From Styela clava (taxonomy: Eukaryota): 64,000 bases of DNA. This document shows, one piece after another, positions 27,153 through 38,405 of the stretch; positions within the stretch are counted from its first letter, which is position 1; every line of letters begins with the position of its first letter. The DNA lies in NCBI RefSeq assembly GCF_964204865.1, contig NC_135258.1:11718001-11782000 (forward strand), read 5' to 3'. Below the pieces are notes generated by a model. It ran no database searches. It was not told the origin of the DNA and saw only the letters and a list, made by a program, of their open reading frames with translations. The translations under genes and the position numbers were made by a program.

Positions 27153-28147
27153 TGAATTGTGACATGGGACTTGATATAGTTTTATCTCCAAAACTATCTT
27201 TGTACTTCAAAACTGTGTTTTGAAGTTGATGACCGGCTCACATACTCTACTGTGTATTGGTTCAATCTGCAAATATTCTGAAACTTGAGAATGTTTATGA
27301 ATTTGAAGTGCTGAAACTTACGTTTCAGTTCAGATTTGGTATCATTGCTTCGGACAACTCATTAAAAAGTAATAATAATCGTTCAGCAGACGGAGGTTCC
27401 TATTTTGTTATAGTTAACTTTACCCTGGTACAAAAATGTATTGAAGATACTTTCTAACACAATAGCTCCGTGTAGTATTTCACAAGTTCTTGGAATATGA
27501 TTATGTTCAAATTTCATAAAGGAACCATTCTAATCTAGTAATATTTAATATTTATTCAGCATTTTAGCTTATAAGGCAAATGTTAAATGAGAAATTAGAT
27601 ACTTGTTATTTGTAAAGGGCATATAAAAATTAAACTTTAGTGTATGTTTGCTAATCCATGTTAGTAAGAGCTGTTTATTTGCCATAATTGCTTCTATTAA
27701 AATAATTTTCCTATTTTTGTTAATGTAACTTGGATCAATCATAAAAATCACTCTCATTGTTAATCTTGTTTTATAGTTTATTTATTGCTACTGTTTTTTA
27801 TGCAAACTGTATTCCAATTGTTGCATCCAAGGTTATCCATCCAGCTAATCTAAACATTTTTATGACAGATCAACTTTTTCATAGATTTCACCTAATAGCA
27901 CATAGTCAGCCCTATAGTTATCATTTTATTTACACAAACATTTGAAAGAGTGCTATCTCCTGGTCTGATCCTTTACTGCCCCGAATATTTTATCATTTCG
28001 ACTTGCTACTAGTATGCAATCTCACTTACTTTTGTGATTTCCATTTTCGTGTCTTGAAGACATTCTCATAAAATTCAGTTCCTAACCCTACCTAAAATCA
28101 CTGAGATCACACAATCGCTGAGTTTGAATACCTTTATATGTTTAATA

Positions 28148-28275
28148 GGTGCTCCCGTGTGTGCATCCCGTCCCAGCATGTGCACCAAGATGGCACACAG
28201 CCTGAACATAGTATGTGTACCACGTTAGGGTTATCAGGTTGTACGCCATCTCAGTGCACATACTACAGAAGCGTC
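28148..28275. mobile_element. Merlin-like MITE, same family
   Basis: 8-bp TSD GTTTAATA (28140-28147 and 28276-28283); starts GGTGC; shares TGTGCACCAAGATGGCACAC. Confidence 0.75.
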
Positions 28276-30691
28276 GTTTAATAACCTAATAGCTCTATTT
28301 GTGCTACTGTTCAAATTAATGTCACTGACTTCAACTTGTGTACACAAATTCCAAATATTTATTTTTTTTCTTCAATTAACGTGCAACATACTAAATTGTA
28401 TTTGTTTGAGATTCATTTTTCCAAGATACAGAATTATGTTTTAATTACCTTTCAGTATTTTTTGCCAATTATTAAACACTATTTATGGGGACTGTAGCAT
28501 TTGTGTACACGATATTATATACTTTGTCTAGTCCTTGTTTGTTTTGAAGTCAATCAATAAGATCTGATTTCATTCATGAATCATAACCACTTTGTACTAA
28601 TGCATTGTCTGCAATCCTAAAATAACAATTCCTCTGCTACTACTCCATACTGTGTTATTTTGTTCTTGTTATAAGATAAACTTGTTATTTATGTGGGTGG
28701 GTGCATATGCTGTTATATATATTCTATAATGAAGTTCCTGATTACTTTCTGTAGCAATAGTTTTCAGTGTGTAATCTTGAAATCTTGCAGTGAAAATATG
28801 TCTTCCCCCAGATAGCATTTCCTAGCATTTACTAAGTCCTTTGGTTAAGTTCATGTTTTAATATGCCAAACTATGCATGGAAACACAATGTAATTGTGTG
28901 ACAACATTTCGAATCAATATGATATACTGGTGTTATATGCTTTCATTATTATAAAATATTGTAAATTAATTTCTCAATAATGTAATAATTTTTTATTGGT
29001 TGGATATCCCAATTTTTGTTTTCACATTTTGAACCTTACTGTAAATGATGTAGGATTTCCCATTTTGCATTTATACCCGATATCTTTATAGCATCATGTC
29101 ATCTCAAATGTCATCTCTTTATTTCCGTTTACAACTTCTTTCTTGCGCGCATGTATGAATAAACATGCATGGTTCACTAGCATTTGCATGTTTTCTCATG
29201 AATGTCCTGCTTATAATTTTCTTAAAAGCAGAATGAAAAACTATTGTAATTTATAATTTAACGTTGGTGTTCTTTCTTCTATTTTTATTAATTCCCTGTA
29301 ATCAGGGAAATGCTGATGCTGACACTATTGCTGATACTAAGCGCTCCAATTAGCATTTAACCCTCACTCTCTATGTCTTCCAATGTCATATATTTCTTGT
29401 TGCTTGTGAACACTATTTTTTCAAAAACGGGAATATTCAATTCATCACTTTCATTAGGTGCTGTATACATGATTCATTCTGGCCATTTGAAGGAATATAC
29501 GCTCACTCTCATGTCAGTGCGCTTTCGTTTCTATAATATAAAGCTTTCAAAATCATATCATATTACATGAGCCAACTTTAATGTTGCTCAATTTTGAAAT
29601 GATTGATGATGATGATTTTTTTAAACCTACTTAGTTACAACAACTAGACCATTATAGTTACTTTTTAATGCCTTATACCTTACTTTGAGTCATTCACCAT
29701 TTACATATCTTAAGTAACCAATGCCATTACCTCAAATTTGAAAATACCGTAAAACCTACGATCTCTGGTCGTTCTTAGAGCATCGATTCACGGGCTTGTC
29801 AAACTCTCTGGTCATTTAGTTCAGGGACATTTAATTCATCCCTACATATATACCGTTCAATATGTTTTCAATGTTAGTCTAGTCTTGGAAAGTTTTGAGA
29901 TTGTTTTTATCGTGGAAAACTGAATAAAATGAAATAAAGAGGCCTCCTCATTCACTGTTTTTATCGTGGAAAACTGAAAATGAAATGAAGAGTTTATAAC
30001 GCCTCTTCAATCACGTAGTCGTTAGAGGGTTGTGATTAGAGTGGTAGTGACTTCAACGTGGCAGAAAGCCACTCTGAAAATGCAATTCTCATACAGTGAA
30101 ATCCCGTTTCAAAGCTCTTTTGAAACCACGGGAATATTTACCGTAGTCCGTAGCGTTGGAACATATTTCGGTAATTAGTATTACACAAATTACATAAAAT
30201 CAAGTACAAGATATTACCTTAGTCCTTCAACGTCAAAGATAACGAGTCTAACGGAAAAATTGCGGTAGCGGGTTTACCTACGAGTGGCCAATACCGAATA
30301 GTTCACTGTTTCGAATACATTTGAGGTTCAAAAAACGCTTATCTATAATATGCGAAAGAATTTGCATGGAATAAACAAGGAATAACTGGCTATATTACCA
30401 GGCATTTCATATTTACAGATTACTGCGATATATATTTTAGAATAGTAACGCTTTTATTTTTTCACAAGTCGACGTAATCATGAGTTAGTTACGTTAACAG
30501 ATTTAAATTAAGATGGCAGGGCATTTGAAATAGTGGTATCGGTCATGGATTTGAATATTTGGCGCAACACAAAATCATCCTGGTAAAAAGTTCATACTTT
30601 CAAATACCAACCATTATTCAAATTATTTGCCAAAAAGCGGGATAAAGTATAAATTATTTTTCCGACTTGGGACAATTTTTCCAAGAGTCTG

Positions 30692-31172
30692 AAAATACGA
30701 ATAAAAAATTAATTATATTCAGGCGCTTTACCACACATTTTAAGCCCACAAATTGCCGTTGTATTTTTGAGTAATAATACTTTTATTATTTTGTGAATAC
30801 GAAAATACGAATCAGCAATTAATTATATTCGGGCACTTTACCACACATTTTAAGCCCACAAATTGCCGTTGTATTTTGGAGTAATAATACTTTTATTATT
30901 TTGTGAATACGAAAATACGAATCAGCAATTAATTATATTCGGGCACTTTACCACACATTTTAAGTCCGTGTAGTGTATTTTTGAGTAATATTATTTTGTG
31001 AATACGAATCAGAAATTAATTATATTCGGGCACCTTGCCACACATTTTAAGTCCACAAATTCCAGTAGATTTCAGAGTAATAATACTTTTATTATTCAGT
31101 AAATCCGAAAATAGGAATCAAAAATGAATAATATCGGGCAGTTCACTACACATTTTATGCTCACAAATTGTC
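30692..31172 (+). repeat. About 4 tandem copies of a ~110-120-bp unit, bracketed by a ~200-bp direct repeat (~30487-30678 and ~31186-31395)
   Basis: AATACGAATCAGCAATTAATTATATTCGGGCACTTTACCACACATTTTAAG recurs four times; GGTATCGGTCATGG...AAAATCATCC...TTCCGACTTG.GACAATTT occurs twice. Confidence 0.85.
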
Positions 31173-33079
31173 GTCGCAACCATAAGTTACGTTAAACAAA
31201 ACTAAATTAATAACGCATAATAATTTTATATGCTGGTATCGGTCATGGGTATAAATAATTTGCACAACAGAAAATCATCCCAGTAAAAAGTCGAAACTTT
31301 CAAATATCATTATCAAAATTATTTGCCATAAAGCGGGAAAAAGTATTGATTATTTCCTCTAATAAATCGACTTGTTTTCCGACTTGCGACAATTTATTGG
31401 GTATCATAACAATTACGACATTGAATAACCTTCAATTTCTTGACGTAATGAAAATGAATGTGTAAAATCGTTTGAAGATTCCCGCAAAAACGAAAAACCG
31501 TGTTTACGATGAAAAGAGATATTATTCGAAAATCAGCCGAAAATGTATTCGAATATTTGATTCGTTTTGGACAACCCTGTCTACGAACCACAGTCTTCTT
31601 TTCTACAATACAACAATAATTTTCGACCCAATTCTTTAAAAAGGTTCGCCATTCCTGCTAGACTAACCCATCAAATTGCGTGTTCCCTGACTACTACATG
31701 AAACATTAGCGTTTTCTGACCATCAAATGTTTGAGATTGTTTTGTAAAGTTCAAAAACAATTAGGTTGAAAATTTACAGTTGCAGATTAGTAGTAATTTG
31801 ACTCCAGTGTAAATGTCGAATATTCAGGGAAGTATTTCACTGGCTTTATTTCGCTAAATGTCCGTACAATTATAGAGACCCTGCTCAGCGCAGAATGTTT
31901 TCAAAACATTTCGCCTATAAGTTTATGAAAGTATAATTTCATTTGATTTCAATTGAAAATCTAGAAAGGCTTTTTGTATCTTATACTCACCAGAACAAAT
32001 ATTACAATCATTAGATATGAATATTGAACGTATTACTAGCTCAAAATTAATTCCTCATCAAACGCATTTGAACGCGAAATAACGGTGCACGAAACTACGC
32101 CAGTTATAAGCACCATTAAATATTAAACAATGCGGATATATATAGCACCAAGGTCTAACCCACCCTATTCCAAACAGCACGGAAAATTCGTCGCAAATGC
32201 GTCTTTCCTTGGAATTCAATTGCAACAAAGAACAAGACTTGCGTTACACGTAACACATTAATTTATAAGTTGCTCCTTCGCTATCCAGTAAGACATGGGT
32301 TGGATTCTGTACCAAGTAATGGTAATTATGTTTCTCAAGAAGTAAAGCATGCAAGAAGATTCCTAAAAAGTCAAACTAGTCTTCGACATTTTCTTTCTGA
32401 AAAACGATAAAATGGATGAATTTGGGGGTTTCCAACATTTTGTGTTGAAATCTTCTATTAGTTGGTTTTTGAACTGTTTATACCAAAATCCCTATGTTTA
32501 ATTACCTTGCCTTTTGTAGATTCTTTGCCAGTGTTATACAAAAGTCGCATTTTCCTTTTTACGCAGTTCAAATAGTTTGTCGCGTTTTCATGAATAATAT
32601 TATACAAAAGTGAGTAATACTACAACGTATATTCCTATTCAAAGACTCTCCTCTAGATAGGAATTCACCCAATATCATAAAAATCATTTTATAGCATAAT
32701 ATATCGAACACATCTTTACATCAAAAGGTTATATTCAAATTATAAAACCAATTAACTTCGAAAGAAATTTTGAGAATTGAAATTAACGAAACACGGAGAA
32801 TGAACTCTTCATGCAGTGTGATCGTGAATTATGCCAAAAATATTTTAAAGCAAAACAGGATTCTTCTACATATATACTTGAGCAACTTAAAATATTTGTA
32901 ATTGAAATGAATTGTTTAATAACAGTATTTGGAATAGAAATATCGCAGGCTTCGGGGTGGCGTAAAAAATTGTAGGGACAATAATACCAGGGAAAAATTG
33001 AAATTTTCATGACGAAAGAGATAAAACATATGACCTCATAAATGATGGCACGATCCACAATGCTATGCCAGCCAATGCA

Positions 33080-33189
33080 GACCTCTTGAAATATGCGCAA
33101 CAAGCTGGCGCACAACCTGAACTCAGGTTGTGTACCAGGTTAGGGTTCAGGTTGTGCGACATCTTGGTGCGCATACTTCAGGAGTACCC
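33080..33189. mobile_element. Merlin-like MITE, same family
   Basis: Reverse-complement match to 24005-24114, ending TACTTCAGGAGTACC; TSD not evident. Confidence 0.7.
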
Positions 33190-33439
33190 AAAACTTGATG
33201 AGAGAAACGTAATAATATATCAAACATTAAAAGATTGTATTAAAATTATTAATCAGAAAAATATAAAAAAAAAGTTCAAGACTTGATGAGAAAAATGTAA
33301 TAATATATAAAACAATAAAATTAATCATAAAATAAAGACACGATGTAAAATCGGACAATACCTTTTAAATGAATTTTAAAATGTGAAACACTGATCAGAT
33401 TAGTTCCTTAAATTTGACAATGTTCGTTTCCAAATCTGA

Positions 33440-34215
33440 CACGCATTTCGCCATCCTTAACATGACACCCGTCAACCCACTGCCTTATTTCGCCCTCCTT
33501 AATCTGACACGCATCGACCATATTTCATCATCTCTAACCTGACAGGAGTCGACCCTATTTCGCCACCCCCAATTTGACACGCTTCGTCCGCATTTCGCCA
33601 TCCCTAATCTGCCACGCTTCGACCGTATTTCGGCATCCCTAATCTGCCACCACGCTTCGACCGCATTTTGCCATCCCTAATCTGCCACGTTTCGACCGTA
33701 TTTCGCCATCCCTAATCTGCCACCACGCTTCGACCGCATTTTGCCATCCCTAATCTGCCACGCCTCGACCGCATTTCGCCATCCCTAATCTGCCACGCTT
33801 CGACCCCATTTCGCCATCCCATTTTGACACTCATCGACTGTGTTTTCCCAGCCCGAATTTGACAGGTACTAATCCATTTCATCAGCCCCAAATCTAAACA
33901 CTTTGGCCATATTTCTTTGTAATTTTGAGGCAATTGTTTATTGTTATCTGTATACTAAACAGCGCATTATGACAGTCGATTTGGCAAAAACTGACAGCCA
34001 TCGACCGCATTTTGTCATCCCTAATCTGCCACCACGCTTCGACCGCATTTTGCCATCCCTAATCTGCCACCATTCGACCGTATTTCGCCATCCCTAATCT
34101 GCCACGCTTCGACCGCATTTTGCCATCCCCAATTTGTCTTTTCGTCCCTATTTCGCCATCCCTAATCTGCCACCTTTCGACCGTATTTCGCCATCCCTAT
34201 TTTGCCATCCCCAAT
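33440..34215 (-). repeat. Inverted copies of the 35/38-bp array in two blocks (~33440-33900 and ~34000-34215), right arm of outer element
   Basis: Reverse-complement units such as CCATCCCTAATCTGCCACGCTTCGACCGCATTT; units degrade away from the centre of the inner block. Confidence 0.9.
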
Positions 34216-34257
34216 ATGACTTTTATGCTACCAACCCTCCTCAATGTGTCTAAAATT

Positions 34258-34400
34258 GGGGAAGTCCCTACTAAAATTATTTATTTGTGATGTAACAATT
34301 AAATTTTATTTTAGTTATACAATATTTTGTAATATGGTACCGGTATCATGTGTGACGACATAATTAATTTTTTCGATAGGTTTTATTTAGGGACTTCCCC
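34258..34400. mobile_element. Small TIR element upstream of ELAC1
   Basis: Perfect 13-bp inverted repeat GGGGAAGTCCCTA ... TAGGGACTTCCCC. Confidence 0.55.
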
Positions 34401-34558
34401 TATTAAATGTACAAAATGAGCAACTTTGTGTAATGCTGATTCTTAGATCACGTTTGCAATCAGTAAACGGTGGAGCGAGGTGTCGATATCCTGGTATCTG
34501 TGTTGGTTTATAAGTAAGATTCTCAACTGGCTTCGATCTCTAAGAGAGGAGATCAAGA

Positions 34559-37500
34559 ATGGATGTCGCATTTTTGGGAACTGGATCCGGCTATCCATCA
34601 CCGTGTAGGAGTGAGTTTTAAAATATTTATTTCCACAATCTTGTAATTTGGTTTTCAGGTTATCAATTCTCATAAGCTTCAAACATGAACCTGAAATGGT
34701 TGTTTTAACATTAATAATAAATAATAGATCAACATGTATAATACGATAATAACAGAATTGTTCAAAGTATATCTGATCAAGTCCATGCTTCCGAAAACAA
34801 ATAACTAAATAATCCCGTACCGTACCCGACATAGAATGGTAACCCGGACGAGAGGCTGTGGTTCGCCATATGGTTAAGCCATCTTATCACTTTCCTCTCC
34901 CCGGGATAAATATGTAAATCCTATCCTATTTACAGGTGCTTCGTGTATGGCAATAAGACATGAAGGAGAAGTCTGGTTGATTGATTGTGGGGAAGGATCA
35001 CAAACACAAATCATGAAAACAAAACTGATTCGACCGGGAAGAATAACAAAAATTTTCATCACCCATCTGCATGGCGACCATTTGTTTGGCTTACCAGGTA
35101 CAGTTATTTAGAATGATCACTATAATCATTGACATTTCCAGATTGATATTTTCTTGTGAAAAAATTGAAAAATACTCAGGTCTTCTCTGCACAATATCAA
35201 TGGCATATAAATCTTCTAATGAAGAAGCAATGGAAGTTGAAAAGGAAGATATTGATCCCACAGATACTATTGTTGAGATATATGGACCATGTGGCCTAAG
35301 GAGGTAAGTAAAGACTTAATCTACAAGCGTAAACTAATCAAAGTATGGTTTAGTTGCATATGGTTATTGTCGATCATACTCAATGTAAGTTTGCTTAATA
35401 TACCAAATGTCAAAAAAAGGACTTCGAGGACTCTTTTTTTTGGTACTCCTGAAGTATGTGCACCAAGATGTCGCACAACCTGAACCCTGACCTGTTACAC
35501 AACCCAAGTTCAGGTTGTGCGCCAGGAGGTCCCTTTTTTTTAGTATGAAATTACATCATGCTCGTGTAGTTTTGTCCAATATTTGTAAATTCCTATTTGA
35601 AAACATGGTCCCAGAATATTTTTATTTTAATGATTATTCTTTTTTCAGATTTCTGAGGGAATCTCTCAATTTATCTCGTTCTATATTATCATTTAAATAT
35701 GTTGTTCATGAACTAGTTCCCGAAAATAAACAATATAATCATATTAAAGGAGGAGATCCTGACTGGAGCAAGTGGAGTCCAGATCATATGGCAACAGGTA
35801 GGCAGGAAATTTACAGTAAATTATCATTTTTCATTTTTTATACTAAATATTTTTATGTTTTATATTTTGATTTAGGCAGTCTTCACATAAATGAATGTAA
35901 ACATGGACGTGCAATATTTTATGATATATCTTGTGAAGGTTGGTTTATATTCAAGGACGAGAAGATCACAATACTGGCAGGTCAGCTCTGTCACCGGTCA
36001 GTTGCCCAAAACTAGCTAGCTACCTTTAAATATTAGAATCACATAGATGTTCGCATTTACTTGAAGTGTATTCGGGAATACAAGCTGTAAAACAGAAATG
36101 GGCATATTATCTTTGGTTGAAAATACCTAGAGGTAATTGAAGTAAAACATATTGAAATTTTTTTCTATCAATATCAGAATATAGTCCATATTTGCGTATT
36201 CAGCAAATCCAAAGCAATGGAATGAAAATATTTTTTTCCTTTTCATAAAAAATATTGAGTTTTAACTTCAAGAGATTTTAATGTGAAGTTTTTTAAATAA
36301 ATAGACGGTGATGCTATGGAGAGAACCTAGTATCAGAATTGGAGAAATAAATTTTCTGATAATGGCAACAAAAGATAAGAATATTGATTAATTATAAATC
36401 TTTACAAACTAAATATGATAGTGAAATGTTGTTGCAACATATTTTTTCTATAGTATTCCTGCTTTTGGCTACGTTTTCTTTGAACCTCCGAAACCTGGTC
36501 GTTTAGAAAGTGAAAAACTACAAAAAGCTGGCGTACCGAAAGGTGAGAAGCCTCTAGCATTCAATACAACATCCCCACAACATCCCCTAATTAATATTTG
36601 TAAAACTACTCTAGGACCACTGTATGGAAAAATCAAGCGAGGTGAATCAGTGACACTCGCGGATGGAACAGTTATTAACCCAAGGGATTATATTGGTCCT
36701 GAACAACCTGGCAGAAAGGTATGATTTTTCTTGCTCAATCCTCTAACTCTGGATGATGAATCAAATTTTGTTTTCTAGTAGTTTGTCTCTATTATACAAT
36801 TTTGGAGGAGAATTGAGAAAATTCATTGGTAACATTCTCAGTAGTTGTCTTTAGTTGCGAATGCACAAATAGGTTTTTATTTATATTTTTTATATGATTT
36901 ATTGATATCTAATGATATGTAAACAGCCATTTCTGAATCTTTTTGGTTAGCGATTGCCTACCCAATTTCTTACACCCTAGACGAGGTGGCTAAGATTTCG
37001 GTCCCACATTTTATTCAGAATATCTTGATATCAGACAATATGAAGCTGCGTTGCTTTTTATGCTATAAAAGTTCCTGAATCCCCATTTTTTACATCCTCA
37101 GGTAGCTATATTGCAAGACACTCGTGATTCCTGGTCAACTCTTTCAATTTGTCAAAACTGTGATGTCATGATACATGAAGCAACAAATGAAAATTCACAT
37201 TATAAACAATGTTATGATAACGGACATTCAACGCCGGCAATGGCTGCAGAATTTGCAACTGCTGCTAATGCTTCAACATTAGTTCTGACACACTTTAGTC
37301 AAAGGTGAAATTCATTTATTAAAGATTAGATGCTTTTTTATAAATTCTGGTTGGTTTGGATGCTTGAAACTGATCAAATGTGATCATCTGTCTGGTTTAT
37401 TTCTCTATCCAATGTAGATGCAGAGTGTTACAGTATTAATTCCCTCAGTTTTAAAATATTGTTGATTACGAGACTGATGTTGATAATATGTTGTGGGTTT

Positions 37501-37972
37501 AAAATAAAATTATTACATGATTAGTTTTGGGCCGATTTCGATTATCTACTTTCTGTGTAATCAGATAAATGCATTTTTTTCACATCCTACAGTTACTATT
37601 TCTGTTAATCTCATACACATGGGTATAGGGTCTATTTATTATTATATTAAAAAAAGCAAAATGATCATTTCTAATTTTTAGTTAATTTAGGAAATTAGCA
37701 ACACCTTCAAGTATATATATTAGTGATTTGAAAACTAATCTTTACAGCTATCAATTGCAGCAATTGCATTTTTATTGGGTTTGTATCACTCTCCAAATAT
37801 TGTAATTGTTATCTCATAATGCAGATACAAGGATCCACATTTGCATGAGGAGATTGATGACACGGATCTCACCGTGGATAAATTAGTTGAAGAAGCTGGT
37901 GAAGGGTTTTTAGGAAATGTGATTGCGGCATATGATGGTCTTATTTTACCTGTAACAAGGAAAGTCAGATGA
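34559..37972 (+). CDS. ELAC1: tRNase Z short form / zinc phosphodiesterase ELAC1 (about 9 exons)
   Basis: Exon 1 34559-34610 [17 protein letters not shown]. Exon 2 from 34936 gives [15 protein letters not shown]...[16 protein letters not shown] (HxHxDH motif). Then [32 protein letters not shown] (flexible arm), QDT, IHEAT, GHST and [10 protein letters not shown]. Last exon 37825-37972 ends with TGA. Confidence 0.95.
35442..35533. mobile_element. Merlin-like MITE, same family, in an ELAC1 intron
   Basis: GGTACTCCTGAAGTATGTGCACCAAGATGTCGCACAACCTGAACCC..., flanked by T8 on both sides. Confidence 0.72.
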
Positions 37973-38208
37973 TTCCATGACTGTCAGTATTCGAAATGAT
38001 GGCTATCAGTATTGGTTTGCCTTTCACACCAAGATTGCGAAAAGTTCGTTCTGTTTTGTTATAATCAGTCTAAGATTGTCTGTTATGCATTATTAATTTA
38101 TCAAAACATCAATTGCTTTTTGTCATTTTCTTGTAGCTTTCGAGATATTGAATACAGTGTCAAAATAGTACAGCCTGATATTGTTGGCAATGTTTCGGTC
38201 AGTAGTTC

Positions 38209-38405
38209 TCAAACAGTGGGGCGCGCCCCACAAGGGGAGCTTAGACAATTTTTTGAGAGGGCGTGAAGCTATTTAAAATTAAAAATATTTGACAGATTTT
38301 ATTGATTGACAGAAACATACTTTTGCCTTATTATCTGGTAGTCGTAGCTTATTGTTATTGCTAGTCATTTTTTAGGTTCAGGCTTAAAAAGTTTGGGAAC
38401 TGCTG
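38209..38405. mobile_element. hAT (Charlie-like) MITE; similar remnants at ~228-366, ~3385-3525, ~42342-42600 and ~56220-56457
   Basis: CAGTAGTTCTCAAAC...GTTTGGGAACTGCTG terminal inverted repeats. Confidence 0.6.

Larger units (their letters stand above)
21335..34242. mobile_element. Large foldback DNA transposon (outer element, 12.9 kb), probably Mutator/MULE-type, no intact transposase seen
   Basis: Direct repeat AATGTGTC at 21327-21334 and 34243-34250. Inverted ends GGTAGCATAAAAGTCATATTGGGGATGGCA at ~21345 and their reverse complement at ~34204-34233. Internal inverted arrays of 35/38-bp units. Superfamily assignment is inference. Confidence 0.88.

Noticed and set aside
28690-28720. ITAYAPT as a LINE endonuclease motif
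   Set aside because: No downstream GDFNA or DH motifs seen; the match is too short.
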